IMG/VR virus record: IMGVR_UViG_3300022200_000063
Coordinates: 1-53,628 of that record
Direction: 5' to 3' (one strand)
Origin: a virus
Lineage: Duplodnaviria; Caudoviricetes
Length of the DNA: 53,628 nt
In this document: piece after piece, positions 40,301-50,009 of the stretch
Position numbering within the stretch: position 1 is the stretch's first letter
Layout of the letters: every line of letters begins with the position of its first letter
Translations under genes and position numbers: made by a program
The notes under the pieces: model-generated
What the model was told of the DNA's origin: nothing
What the model saw: the letters and a program-made list of their open reading frames with translations, nothing else
Databases searched by the model: none

Positions 40301-40368
40301 AAGTCTACAGAACTTGGTGTATATTTAGCAGGAGTATATCCTTGAAATTTTGGACTTCCGTTCGGCAT
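37327..40368 (-). CDS. Putative virion cargo protein
   Basis: 1013 aa, helical N-terminus, no Cys seen; located in the cargo cluster. Confidence 0.65.
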   Translation of the reverse strand: MPNGSPKFQGYTPAKYTPSSVDFTMFAAPLSQMQQTYDLTQQVIDEAAFDFSTLPADAERAQQISAEFDQFKEGLTTNLLKDKDYRNAAKELRRLNKIYNSDPEIALYRQRKAQFSEDREIMRKMVEKEDLDETRFKNWEQRVLGEYAEKGGAAYDRSTGSYNSFDSSPRNIDREKELMEKTEELSKAAPSWEIAQDTISGWTWLDADTRERLKTTVQEEWKNKDQLHSELYKHLAQSDYFKNSLRDNARDEYYVNSRSMGGPDGRRRYAEGIIINYLNSIDSDLNNARAGLEKAKTDEEKKYFSDLIGKLEDSKQQYNQEFNQITATGGDPEKLENLSKAIFEADYITGKILGYSGTSADIFDFMKSKKSLTPYTDNVGNGSSGSNKITNDDLENSTVNVVSQSVTTSDGDINQSYSPGEVSSEFAKENFGNKDFFSFITDPEVEEEWLSEIEDIPIFYDVNVQPGEKPVKFSEWVNNDEISEADRELVDNQLSNAKVYHKINKFNNTYNDKIEDLQANNKILEDQVSSATGAEQERIKAEIINNNQTIYKLKEEKEAIMNPVNMYLLETINGLSESDVDYDPELVKEVKSGDFDRAWERIGLESKKRLSLLPQAISRSTGDINQEFTNLGQLEMDRQEVQQLQNQAITPMLNKLQKRIQMVYKNQATMTTPGIAIDDSLKNWTGGKLHELVDYIKANINNAHQGISIVTKFSGDSVETVSPGEEGYPKDLELAKYYGQPILLKTIKDGDTEKVLLQYTNTSTTDADAISAIKKAKNLSNEDWNKLTKNEKDSYLQSFRQKYPTNLIVAVDNTTHYVNGKGISDLKYHENVTKSVNNIIEGERSGYPNARAEELLGNSIHTYANLNLVDGEVQKEYFEGATTLTKMMEYGNKNGKTSLTLEHQPATFKRNEDGSYTGFKIVYAYNNRSKSVDAQIYQVNLDESGQLLSEGGEVPYTIVNLSSSNGGYAQNMRALDLMWGTGPSRFIPSLGKQDVIPAFTSIDLAKRLSQNLK

Positions 40369-40369
40369 C

Positions 40370-43300
40370 TTAATCTTTTTTATTAAGCAAATTTACAAAT
40401 TGTTTTCCTAAAGAGTTGTATTTCAACTGATAGTCAGGAGCCATCATATTAGTATACGCTAGTCCCATTTTGTTAGCTTCCATCTGTTGACCTATAGCTC
40501 CTATGTCTGACATACCTTGTGCTAACATTGCTTGTTGTGCAAATTTCTGTGCCATATTAAGTTGGTCTGCGGCTTGTGTAGACATGGTTTTCATTTGTGC
40601 ATTTTGTGCAGAAGTCTGATAATCCAACATAGCCTGTCTGTTTTCCTGCTCTTGGATATTTTTAGCAAATCCTTCTTGCATACGTCCGTAAGTACTTGCT
40701 AAATTAGCAGCATAAGCTCCAGGATTTCCAGCACCTCTTAAGCCTTTTTGGAGTCCTGAGTATAATCTACGTCCTTCTTTATTAGCCTCAGAGTAATCGA
40801 ACTGAGGAGCTTCTAATGGATTATAGTATCTATCAGCACTAGTTTGTTCTGGATTTTGCAATCCTTGATATATATTATAAGCAGCAGGAGCCATAGATAA
40901 AACACTTCCTATTCCTTGATTATAATCAAGTTCTTTAAGCTGACCCTCTTGAGGTCCTTGCTTAATTACATTATTATTTGAGTTATTTCCCTGACTAAGA
41001 TATCCCAAAGCAGTATTAAAATCCATTTGGCCTGGGACATTAGAAGCTCCTAACATTGAGTTTACTCCCGAAAAAGCAGTTTGAAATGGATTACCATTAT
41101 CAAACATATTTCCTCCATATTTAAAAGAAATAGGTTCTCCTGTAGAAGTAACTCCGTAATTAGTTCTATATTCTGGAGCAACGTATCCTGGAGGATTGGC
41201 TAAATCTTCTGTAGATAATTTAATTCCTAATTCTTGAGACTTCTTAATCAAAGCATTTTCTACAGTACTAAGGTCTTTTTTCCAAACATCAAAAGATTTT
41301 TTATTACCTCTCTGTGAAGCGTAAGGACTTTGAGATAATATATCTTTTCTTCTAGAAAGTAGTTTTTCTAATTCTGGCGGATATGGACCTCCTTCTCCTC
41401 TAGTTCCTCCATTTCTTTGTACATTAGGAGCACTTATACCTGCTTCTTCTTCTGTGAATACAGGAACTCCCTGAGTATAAGGTTGCAAATATCCTGCTGG
41501 TAATGACCACTGTTGGCCTGTTTCAGGATCTTTATATGTAGTCATTTTGACTTTTTTAGGCAAGCCTAATTCTTGTCTCTTTTTTACAGCGTCTAGATAA
41601 GAATCTTTATAAAAATTCCACCCAGGATTATTTACTCCTTGATAAGTTCTTTCGCCTGTTTCAGGATTGAGAGTTCCTGTCCAACCATATTTATAATCAA
41701 GTAACCTTTGACTTGCTTCTGGCAACTCGTAAAATCCTACATCTTTATCTCCTAATTTATAAGTTTTAGTTCTGTATTCAGGTTCTGTTACAGGTTCTCC
41801 TGGACCACCATTTCCAAATTGTTGAGAGTTAGTAATATTTCCTAACATACCTCCTATTCCTGGAACAGCAGCAGACGCTCCTCCTAAAGCAACTTCTCCT
41901 AAAACGTCTCCTATATTTGCGTTTGTACCCACATTTTGCAGACCTGCTCCCACAGCTCCCATACCTGCTCCTACAAGAGTTCCTACTCCAGGAATCATAG
42001 AAGCTAAACCAGAGGCTGCTTTAAGTCCTGTACCTATACCTCTCATAACTCCTCCAAAATCATACATAGTACCCCCATAAGTCATAGGCATCATACCCAT
42101 CTCAGGAGCCATTGGTTGCCCTTCCATGCCTCCTTGTTCAGCCATCATTTGTTGTTCCATCATCATCTGCTCTTCTGGAGAAGGGCCTTGAGGCTGATTT
42201 GAGGCCATTAAAGCTTGCATGTACTCAGGATATTCTTCATTAAGTTTTGTAATTTCTTTTAAGAATTTATCTTCTTTCTTTTGAGCGTCTTTAGCATTTT
42301 GCATTTCAGTAAGTTCTTTATGAGCTGAGATAAATCCTGCAAGCTCTCTGTTTTTAGAATTTTCTTCGATATGATCTCCAACTCTTTTTGAATCAAGTCT
42401 TAGGATTTCTCTACCGATTTTATTTAATTTCTTTCCTACGTACTTATTAGGAATATTATATTTAGTAGCAATCTCTTTAGTCATTACCATATCATCATTA
42501 TTAGTAATGATAAAGTCTTCTCCTGTAGAAGGATCTTTAACTTTTAATTCCCCCTCTTCTACAAGATTAGGTTGACCATTTTTGCCAATTCCTTGTGGAA
42601 TTCCTCCTAATGGATTTTCTTCATGAGTACCGCCTTCTCCAAACTCTGTAATAGGCATACTCATTTGGCCTCCATCATTAAAAATAATTCCTCCATATTT
42701 AAACTGTGGGGCTCCTCTTTGCAAGAGTTGGTCTAATCCTGCAATCTTATTTTCAGAAAGATTAAAATCTCTTGAACTTAGATAATCAGGTTGATTTGCA
42801 TTTTGTTGATAATACTGAGAAATTAAACCTTGAGTATTATCAGCTTCAAAAACTCCTACAGGAGTAATTTGAGGGGACAGGTAAGAGATGTTTCCTTTAT
42901 TTTTATTTTCAGGATTAGTAGTTTGAGGAGTATTTTTATTTTGAACTGTAGGAATAGAAGTAGTAGGCTGACCTGTTGTATTAGCTGGTTTAAAATTAGT
43001 AGTAGCAAACTGATATCCTTTAGCAGTATTTAGTCTTTTATTAATTACTTCTTCAGAAGGCATTTTACCAAAACCTGCATTAGCCCTTGTAAGAAGATAA
43101 GCAGCATCTTCTATATTATTTATATTATTATAATCTACATAAGGAGTTAAATCCTGATATTGAGGTTTATTAAGATCTAGTCTAGACAATGTCTGCATCC
43201 TTCTTTTCATAAAAACTGCAGCCACCTTTGCTTGTATTTGAGGATCTATATCTAATAGTTCAGGATTATTTACCAAATCTACTCCTATTTCATCGCCTAT

Positions 43301-44080
43301 TTCTTTATAGCTTCCTTTTCCTGTGAGTTGATTAAATCCTCTTCCCCTATAAATCCAACCTTCTTCTGGACTCTCATTTCCTAATTTTTTCCCATATACA
43401 AATCCTGCTAACTTTTTTGGATTTTTAGCATACTCTTCTGCAAGTTTATTATAATAATTTTTCCCCTCACCTTTAGGAACAGCTTTCCCTGTAGTGGAAA
43501 ATGCATCCCAAATTTCAGGTAATCTCTCTTTAGAATAATTCATATTCTCTGGAGTTCCTCTTAATCCTCCTTCAGACATAATGATGGCCATCATTGCTTG
43601 TTGCATATAAGGATTGGTGATTCCTGCAGAATTTAATTCTTGAATAATCAAATCTTCTACTTCTGCTTGTGAACCATAACTCTTTTTTACAGTATGTACT
43701 GGGGTAGCATTTTTATTCAATACAGCAGTACGCTTTTCTACATCTCCTTGAGATAGTTTATGATACGTGTTATTAATATTCTTATACCAAACTCCATCTT
43801 GTAGTTTATACTTAACTCCATTATAAGTATACAGACCATCTTTAGGACCACCGTTACCAAAAGTATTAGCAGGAATCTCTGAGGTGTTTCTAAAAATAGG
43901 TGTACCCGAAGATGGATAGTTCCAAGTAGGAATATTAGGTACGCCTCCATTAGCATGTTTAACAGCTTTAGGTTTACCTCCAATACTAACAGACTGGTGT
44001 CCAGGAGTCTTAGCAAATTCTCCTGAAGCATGTCCGTAAGCTAACCAAGCTTTATAGGCCTTATTACTTTTAAAATCCAT
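40370..44080 (-). CDS. Virion cargo protein with a GH19 (chitinase/lysozyme-like) domain and repeated xGG motifs
   Basis: IMSEGG, ENMNYS, LGN..EGWIYRGRGFNQLTG; GGTHEENPLGGIPQG..NLVEEGE; Gly-rich hydrophobic segment. Start at MDFKS (44080) avoids overlap with the upstream gene. Confidence 0.75.
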   Translation of the reverse strand: MDFKSNKAYKAWLAYGHASGEFAKTPGHQSVSIGGKPKAVKHANGGVPNIPTWNYPSSGTPIFRNTSEIPANTFGNGGPKDGLYTYNGVKYKLQDGVWYKNINNTYHKLSQGDVEKRTAVLNKNATPVHTVKKSYGSQAEVEDLIIQELNSAGITNPYMQQAMMAIIMSEGGLRGTPENMNYSKERLPEIWDAFSTTGKAVPKGEGKNYYNKLAEEYAKNPKKLAGFVYGKKLGNESPEEGWIYRGRGFNQLTGKGSYKEIGDEIGVDLVNNPELLDIDPQIQAKVAAVFMKRRMQTLSRLDLNKPQYQDLTPYVDYNNINNIEDAAYLLTRANAGFGKMPSEEVINKRLNTAKGYQFATTNFKPANTTGQPTTSIPTVQNKNTPQTTNPENKNKGNISYLSPQITPVGVFEADNTQGLISQYYQQNANQPDYLSSRDFNLSENKIAGLDQLLQRGAPQFKYGGIIFNDGGQMSMPITEFGEGGTHEENPLGGIPQGIGKNGQPNLVEEGELKVKDPSTGEDFIITNNDDMVMTKEIATKYNIPNKYVGKKLNKIGREILRLDSKRVGDHIEENSKNRELAGFISAHKELTEMQNAKDAQKKEDKFLKEITKLNEEYPEYMQALMASNQPQGPSPEEQMMMEQQMMAEQGGMEGQPMAPEMGMMPMTYGGTMYDFGGVMRGIGTGLKAASGLASMIPGVGTLVGAGMGAVGAGLQNVGTNANIGDVLGEVALGGASAAVPGIGGMLGNITNSQQFGNGGPGEPVTEPEYRTKTYKLGDKDVGFYELPEASQRLLDYKYGWTGTLNPETGERTYQGVNNPGWNFYKDSYLDAVKKRQELGLPKKVKMTTYKDPETGQQWSLPAGYLQPYTQGVPVFTEEEAGISAPNVQRNGGTRGEGGPYPPELEKLLSRRKDILSQSPYASQRGNKKSFDVWKKDLSTVENALIKKSQELGIKLSTEDLANPPGYVAPEYRTNYGVTSTGEPISFKYGGNMFDNGNPFQTAFSGVNSMLGASNVPGQMDFNTALGYLSQGNNSNNNVIKQGPQEGQLKELDYNQGIGSVLSMAPAAYNIYQGLQNPEQTSADRYYNPLEAPQFDYSEANKEGRRLYSGLQKGLRGAGNPGAYAANLASTYGRMQEGFAKNIQEQENRQAMLDYQTSAQNAQMKTMSTQAADQLNMAQKFAQQAMLAQGMSDIGAIGQQMEANKMGLAYTNMMAPDYQLKYNSLGKQFVNLLNKKD

Positions 44081-44081
44081 T

Positions 44082-47000
44082 TTAATATATTTGTATATCA
44101 AAGAAATGTATAATTCTATTAAGAATTAATTCTTTATTATAAGTATTATCAAAATATAAAGTTAGTACAAAATGTGTACTTCTCAAACGATCTTTCTTTG
44201 AAGATAAAGAATTTCTAGGAATTTTCAATCTCCATTTGTCGAATCTTCTTTTTATACGTTCTAAATCTGTTATTTTTCCAGTGTCCTGATACTCAGTCTG
44301 GACTCTAAAACCTGTTATTGTTTGTGTCCTATCTATTACTTTAGAATCATTTCTTACAATAGAATTAAACTCGACCCATCTTAGAATTTTATTTATATCA
44401 GCTGCTTCATTAAGAACTAGTTTAATATAACATCCTTTAGTAGTTCCATAAAAGCTTCCCCAGTTTCCAGAATTTTCTAAATATACTTGTTCTTTATCAG
44501 AGGGATTTACTGATAGTAGGATATTATTATTTTCTATAAATCTCGTAGTATTATTAGAGTAGAAACTTGTAAACTGTTGCATTAACTCATCATATACTAA
44601 AGTCACTGTTTTATTTTCTTCAGTACTAGATGTATCTAAGAAAGTGAAAATCACTTCATTGTTAATTTTATCTTTGGCAATATGCACTCCTTTCCCTAAT
44701 ACAGGATTATCCCCACCATTTTCTTTTCTGAGAAGTACTCCTGAGTCAAAAGCATTTAAAAAACTATGAATACCTTTTATTTCTGAAAGAGGATTATTAC
44801 CTTGTCCAATTAAGAATTGCTTTTTGTGTATTCCATCAAAGTAATAAATACCAGAATCAGTAGCTTTTACACCCCATTGATGAATAGAGCCATGTTCTGT
44901 TGATATATAGATATGATCTTCAATACCTTCTCCTGAACCTAATTCTGTAGGAATTCCATCAGCTGCTGCAATAATAGCTCTTGGGTTTATAGAGTATCTT
45001 CCTACAGCAGTATCTTGGAAGAAGTGTACAAAGTTGTTAGAGTCTACGATTTTATTAATTGGTCCGTGATCGTCTACATCGTAATAATTATTAATTCCAA
45101 ACTGTGTCCAAGAATCTGTTTCTTCTTGGTTTATTTTAACATTTGATATGTATGCTCTAATATCATTTACATTAGAATTACTATCAAAAGCACTAGGTTT
45201 TACAAAAAATACTACATCTTTACTATCTCTGGAATAGACAGAGTTGTATGTATTTAGATACATATTCAAAGATTTAGCATAAGTAGTCTCTGAGTTATTT
45301 GTCTCCTGTCTCCATTTCTCATCTAAGACTCCTGAAGAACCTCCACTTACAGATTTCTTAACTCCTCTTTGCACTGTAGCCCCCCAAGGCAAACTCAAAT
45401 TAACCTTACTTTCAATAGGTAAGGTAATTGTAGATGTTCTATTAGAATTAAACACCTGAGCTGTTGCAACAGCATTTTGATAATATTTATCCCAAAGCCA
45501 AGCAGACCCATCTTGGAATGTCCACATGTCTATAAAAATATCTCCTCCAAATACAATAATAGTATCCGAAGTACCTACTGAAGGTTTTTCTATAAAAGGA
45601 CTTGCAGGGATAAAAGTGTTAGATTCTAAAGCATCTTGAGTATATCCTCCATAAACTTCTAATCTTGGTATTAAAATATCTATAATTGGAGTGCTTATTA
45701 ATCCATCTGCAAAAGTAGGACAAGCCACAGGTCCTCCAGTTCCTGCATCAAAATTACCAGTTTCAAAATAATGGTAGCTAGGAGTAGTTACTATTGGAGC
45801 TCCTGTTAAAAAATCAGTTGCTATAAATTCCATAGTCCCAGTGATCCCTGAGTTTCCTTTATAGAACTCAGTTGCCGCATAACTACTAGGACCTGTACTG
45901 TGATCATTAAGGAATGTGGATTCATCCATTGTAGTATAGAAATTTCTGAAATAATAACTTTGATCTACATTAGCATTATCGTATCCGTTATATTTTCCAA
46001 TTTCTAATTCTAACTCTTCGGACATTATTGTGTCATCTTGAGCATTTTTATCAAAAAGTATGTGACTATTTTCTCTCCATTTTTTAATATATTCAATACC
46101 TCTTTCATTAGTAGCATATCCACCAATAGCAGTAGTTTTATTAACAGTTTTTGTGGATCTTAGTTTTCTTCGATAATCTCCAAAATTACCTCCAAGATTT
46201 TCAGTAACAGCAGCTGTTGCTCCAAGCTCTTGAAAATAGTTAGTATTACTTAAAAGATTTCTAGTATAAGTATCTTTATTATTAGATGAATAATATTCTG
46301 AGTACCTTCCTGTGATTAACAGGCAAGAACTACTATTGATATTATTAATAGTATCTTCAAATTGATAAGATATTTCAGGAGAATAAAAAGTAAGGAATGA
46401 TCCGTATATAGGATAAACAGAGGTTCCTACTCCTGGTCCGTTATTTTGAATTGTGGCAAAATTACCATTTACACCAAAATCATATTTTGTGGCCGCAGGT
46501 CTATTATCTGTAATTGCAGAGAATAGATGAACTATATCATCTGTACCATCAGGTCTTAAATCATATACTCCAGATATTCCTGGAGGGGAGCCTACTGGAA
46601 TTTTAGCAGCTGCTCTCATAATACCTGAGCATAATCTATGAGTATCATCAATCGTTCTTTCTAGTCTGACGATTTGATAACCCGTTAGTTCAGAAAATAG
46701 AGTAGGACATGTAGAAAAATCTATGGTGAATTTTACTCCCAAGGACAATCCAAAAGTATTACCTGCACTTAGTTCATATGCTACAGGATAATAGTTTAAT
46801 ACTCCTGGAATAGTATCAGCACCATTAACATCAGAAATATCAGGGAACTTGATATCGCCTATATATTGGACGAAAGAAGCTTCTCCTTTTTTATTATAAA
46901 AAACAATTCCAAATCTATAAGTCTCTCCTCTTTTGTATCCTTTAAGAAGCCCTGATACAAAAGGAGACCCATTATTATCAAAAGAATTATTTATATAAGT

Positions 47001-48419
47001 ATACCCATCATTAAGGTTATGGGTAGTAACGGATCCAGGAGGAAGACTGTGATACTCAGGAGTACTTGCTCCATCTATTTTATACTGTTCTAAATGAAAT
47101 TCATAAGAGATATTAGGACCTTCTCCACCAATAGTAGTTCCGTCTGCTTTATATTTAAATTGTTTATCTGTGTGCCACTCTGTATCCCAGTGAGCATCTG
47201 AATTATATCCTAAATTATTAGCTAACCCATAGGAAGAATCTAATTCTGCGTTAAAAGCATTTTTTAGTTTTTTTTCTTCTATCTGTGCTGGAGTCCCTGT
47301 TAAAGGAAATGGTAGTGCTAGTCCAGAATTATAACGAGCTGTCCTAGCATCAAAAGTCTCTCCATTTCCTAATAACTCATCTATATCAAAGTAGCTTCCT
47401 TTAATATTAGCTACTATCAATGAATTATCTTTAGGAACTAATGTTTTACAAGTTTTAAAAGCATACTGTTTAGTAGTATAGGAATATGTTTCCAAATCTA
47501 TTATAGAACCTTCGTTACCTGTGTGTAAAAAAGATACAGATGTAGCATTATTTATACCTTTAGTTTCTATTGATTGTACTAAAGGACTTGCTGTAATACT
47601 ATCGTAAAAAACAGAGATTAATTCGATTGAGTCGAAATCTCCATAATTAGAAGTATCAATTGTAATTTGATGTGCTTTTCCTACAGGAACATTTATAGCA
47701 TTTCCAGAATATTGTCTTACATCCACAACATTTTCAGAACTATTACTTGTGTGGATCATATTTCCTGGAGGAGATATTAAAGTTTGTTTTCCGTCTGTAG
47801 TCTTTAATCTGTAAGCATATTGATAAATTCCTGCAAATAAGTTTCCTGAATTTTGAACAGCAGATAAAATCGGCTGTGTGTATATTATATTTGGAAATAT
47901 ATCCAACAATTCGGGAGGAGTAATACTTAGATTAGCGTCTTTAATATTAATACTTCTTAAGTAGTTATTATAGTCTGTCCAATATACTCTTTGAATAGTA
48001 CCAGATTCAAATCTTCCTATAGCCTCTATAGGCCACTCTTTACTAAAATAAAGATTAGTGTTTTCGTATATATTAGTTAATGATGTAAAGCTGTTATTAG
48101 ATTCATTATATTCTAATGTGAATATCCAACCATTTCCGCCTCCTGTAAGATAACTATCGTCTGTCACAAAAAGAATAATAGTGTTTCTTATAGATGCGAC
48201 TCCTACGACTTCTCTTACTCCTGATATAGTTAAACCTGTACTGTAGTTCCCTAAATCAAAAAATAAAGTATTTCCTTTTCTGTTTGTGATAGATCCTTGA
48301 GACTCTCCTTTAGTTGTAGATACTCTAATATCTAAAGCGTCTATATAAAATCCACCATTGATACTATCATATGATGTATCTAAATTCAATCCTTTATATT
48401 GATTTACTCCTTGCTTCAT
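44082..48419 (-). CDS. Tail stabilization/muzzle protein (P22 gp10-like, crAss-type)
   Basis: 1445 aa, beta-rich; GLNLD start, VYWTD, GYKRGETYRFGIVFY...IGDIKFPD, FGGDIFI, HGSIHQW, RRFDKWR, DRLRS. Confidence 0.82.
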   Translation of the reverse strand: MKQGVNQYKGLNLDTSYDSINGGFYIDALDIRVSTTKGESQGSITNRKGNTLFFDLGNYSTGLTISGVREVVGVASIRNTIILFVTDDSYLTGGGNGWIFTLEYNESNNSFTSLTNIYENTNLYFSKEWPIEAIGRFESGTIQRVYWTDYNNYLRSINIKDANLSITPPELLDIFPNIIYTQPILSAVQNSGNLFAGIYQYAYRLKTTDGKQTLISPPGNMIHTSNSSENVVDVRQYSGNAINVPVGKAHQITIDTSNYGDFDSIELISVFYDSITASPLVQSIETKGINNATSVSFLHTGNEGSIIDLETYSYTTKQYAFKTCKTLVPKDNSLIVANIKGSYFDIDELLGNGETFDARTARYNSGLALPFPLTGTPAQIEEKKLKNAFNAELDSSYGLANNLGYNSDAHWDTEWHTDKQFKYKADGTTIGGEGPNISYEFHLEQYKIDGASTPEYHSLPPGSVTTHNLNDGYTYINNSFDNNGSPFVSGLLKGYKRGETYRFGIVFYNKKGEASFVQYIGDIKFPDISDVNGADTIPGVLNYYPVAYELSAGNTFGLSLGVKFTIDFSTCPTLFSELTGYQIVRLERTIDDTHRLCSGIMRAAAKIPVGSPPGISGVYDLRPDGTDDIVHLFSAITDNRPAATKYDFGVNGNFATIQNNGPGVGTSVYPIYGSFLTFYSPEISYQFEDTINNINSSSCLLITGRYSEYYSSNNKDTYTRNLLSNTNYFQELGATAAVTENLGGNFGDYRRKLRSTKTVNKTTAIGGYATNERGIEYIKKWRENSHILFDKNAQDDTIMSEELELEIGKYNGYDNANVDQSYYFRNFYTTMDESTFLNDHSTGPSSYAATEFYKGNSGITGTMEFIATDFLTGAPIVTTPSYHYFETGNFDAGTGGPVACPTFADGLISTPIIDILIPRLEVYGGYTQDALESNTFIPASPFIEKPSVGTSDTIIVFGGDIFIDMWTFQDGSAWLWDKYYQNAVATAQVFNSNRTSTITLPIESKVNLSLPWGATVQRGVKKSVSGGSSGVLDEKWRQETNNSETTYAKSLNMYLNTYNSVYSRDSKDVVFFVKPSAFDSNSNVNDIRAYISNVKINQEETDSWTQFGINNYYDVDDHGPINKIVDSNNFVHFFQDTAVGRYSINPRAIIAAADGIPTELGSGEGIEDHIYISTEHGSIHQWGVKATDSGIYYFDGIHKKQFLIGQGNNPLSEIKGIHSFLNAFDSGVLLRKENGGDNPVLGKGVHIAKDKINNEVIFTFLDTSSTEENKTVTLVYDELMQQFTSFYSNNTTRFIENNNILLSVNPSDKEQVYLENSGNWGSFYGTTKGCYIKLVLNEAADINKILRWVEFNSIVRNDSKVIDRTQTITGFRVQTEYQDTGKITDLERIKRRFDKWRLKIPRNSLSSKKDRLRSTHFVLTLYFDNTYNKELILNRIIHFFDIQIY

Positions 48420-49219
48420 GCTATATTACTAGGGCTTTGTACAATACGTCCTGGATAAATTGAACCTCCAGAAGTTTTTTCTCTAAATTTACGTTGTTCA
48501 GGTAATTGAAAATTAGCAAAGAAAGAAGCGTGGGCTTGTAAATCAGGAATTGTACGAACATGGGAATTCTTAACAGATTCTGCATGATCAACATTATGCC
48601 ATTGTTTAGCATGATTTACTGCTTGAGCAAAATACCAATCTCTTTCTTTTTGAATTTCTGCATATTTTTGTGGAGCAAGTGCATCTTGTATCCATCTTTT
48701 ACGAGCTGCTTTCCACGCGAGTTCATGACTTGCAGCTTCTAACCATTGCTGTTCTGCTGGAATAACTATGTCTCCGTGTTCGTCAGTAGGAATAGCTTCA
48801 TAAGCCATAGCCACATATCCTTCAGAAAAAGAAGTAAAAATAGAATTATTACTTACAGTATAAGTGTGAATAGACTCTGTTGTGTAGTCTCTTTCATCTT
48901 TATGATATCTTGTATGGAAATGATCCGAACTCCAACGCATAGGACATAAATGCCCTTTACCACATTCAGCTTCTTCTAATGATATCACATCATCTAAATA
49001 GGCTACTTGAACAATTTTGTGTAAGTCGTAAGGAAGTTCTCCTCTACCATCACAAATAGGAATATAAGCAATTTGTTGGCTCATTACGACTCCTACATTA
49101 GTATGAGCCATAAATTCAGCCAACCATTCTAAACCTTGTTCGTCATCTATTTCAAACCCCCAATCACGTAACTGTTTATCCATGATGGTTTTGTATGACA
49201 CCATTTTTCCTGCGTACAT
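48416..49219 (-). CDS. Tail ring/tubular protein
   Basis: Adjacent to the stabilization gene; ELPYDL, IFTSFSEG.V.MAY.AIPTDE.G, WYFAQA patterns recalled from crAss ring proteins. Confidence 0.65.
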   Translation of the reverse strand: MYAGKMVSYKTIMDKQLRDWGFEIDDEQGLEWLAEFMAHTNVGVVMSQQIAYIPICDGRGELPYDLHKIVQVAYLDDVISLEEAECGKGHLCPMRWSSDHFHTRYHKDERDYTTESIHTYTVSNNSIFTSFSEGYVAMAYEAIPTDEHGDIVIPAEQQWLEAASHELAWKAARKRWIQDALAPQKYAEIQKERDWYFAQAVNHAKQWHNVDHAESVKNSHVRTIPDLQAHASFFANFQLPEQRKFREKTSGGSIYPGRIVQSPSNIA

Positions 49220-49222
49220 ATC

Positions 49223-49489
49223 TTAAGCTTTACCTTTTAAAAATGCTTCTAATTTTTCAATTAGATTAGGTTCTTCCATAGGATTTTCTTGATGGATAGA
49301 TTTAACAGTTATATGTTTATAATCATCTCCTTCCTTAGTGCATTTTCTAACTGTTTTTATATAACCATTAGAAACTTTTTCTACACAGGTTTCTGTGTAA
49401 CTACCATCAGCATGTTCCTCACGCTTTTCCCAAGTAGTTTTTTCTTGTCCTTCTCCGTACATAGATATTGGTTTACTTAATTTATCCAT
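49223..49489 (-). CDS. Hypothetical protein
   Basis: Likely start MDKLSKP, overlapping the upstream stop codon. Confidence 0.55.
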   Translation of the reverse strand: MDKLSKPISMYGEGQEKTTWEKREEHADGSYTETCVEKVSNGYIKTVRKCTKEGDDYKHITVKSIHQENPMEEPNLIEKLEAFLKGKA

Positions 49490-50009
49490 AATAAAATACA
49501 TTTCTATTCGGATCTTTAACAACTTGTGCTATTAATCTCGAATATTGTCTTGAAGGTTTAAAAGTATAAAATCTTTTGTACTTTACAATAGCTGTAGCTT
49601 TGTCCCACAAATGCCTGTAAAACTCTTGTTGTGTATGAGTATTCTGATGATAAATTACTTTTTTATTTTTAATCTCAGTTATCTCATCTCTTGTTTTACC
49701 TTCATAAAGTCTTTCCCAATATTTCCAAGTAGCTTGCCAATCTGGTTTAAGACTTTTTTGTAGTTTACCTTCTTTATTAAAAAAGTTCAATTTTTTTGAT
49801 TGAACTCTTATATATCCTAATTTACCTAACTTCAATTCTAAGGCTTCTTTAACGATTGCCTCACTATAAGCAATCAAAAGTTCCTTTATAAATCTACTAT
49901 ATTGAGTTCTTTCTAACTTACTAAACTGACTATGTTTTCTGTAAAAACTGAAGAAATCGTATTTAGTAATATCACTTTTCTTTCCCTCTCCTCTTTTTAA
50001 ATAGTTCAT
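49482..50009 (-). CDS. HU/IHF-like DNA-binding protein (crAss-type)
   Basis: Basic; two helices then LKLGKLGYIRVQ and YTFKPSR, matching the HU/IHF beta-arm pattern with an insertion. Confidence 0.6.
   Translation of the reverse strand: MNYLKRGEGKKSDITKYDFFSFYRKHSQFSKLERTQYSRFIKELLIAYSEAIVKEALELKLGKLGYIRVQSKKLNFFNKEGKLQKSLKPDWQATWKYWERLYEGKTRDEITEIKNKKVIYHQNTHTQQEFYRHLWDKATAIVKYKRFYTFKPSRQYSRLIAQVVKDPNRNVFYYG

Noticed and set aside
42040-42220. Met/Gln/Gly-rich low-complexity segment as a separate repeat element
   Set aside because: No regular nucleotide period; it looks like a disordered linker of the cargo protein.
44086-44093. Plus-strand TATATTTG as an antisense promoter
   Set aside because: It lies within the last codons of the stabilization gene; an 8-mer like this is expected by chance in AT-rich DNA.
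21968-49480. Short plus-strand or alternate-frame ORFs within the structural arm (e.g. 21968, 29289, 30567, 35138, 43738, 48421, 48560)
   Set aside because: Nested in long genes, with composition typical of antisense or off-frame translation.
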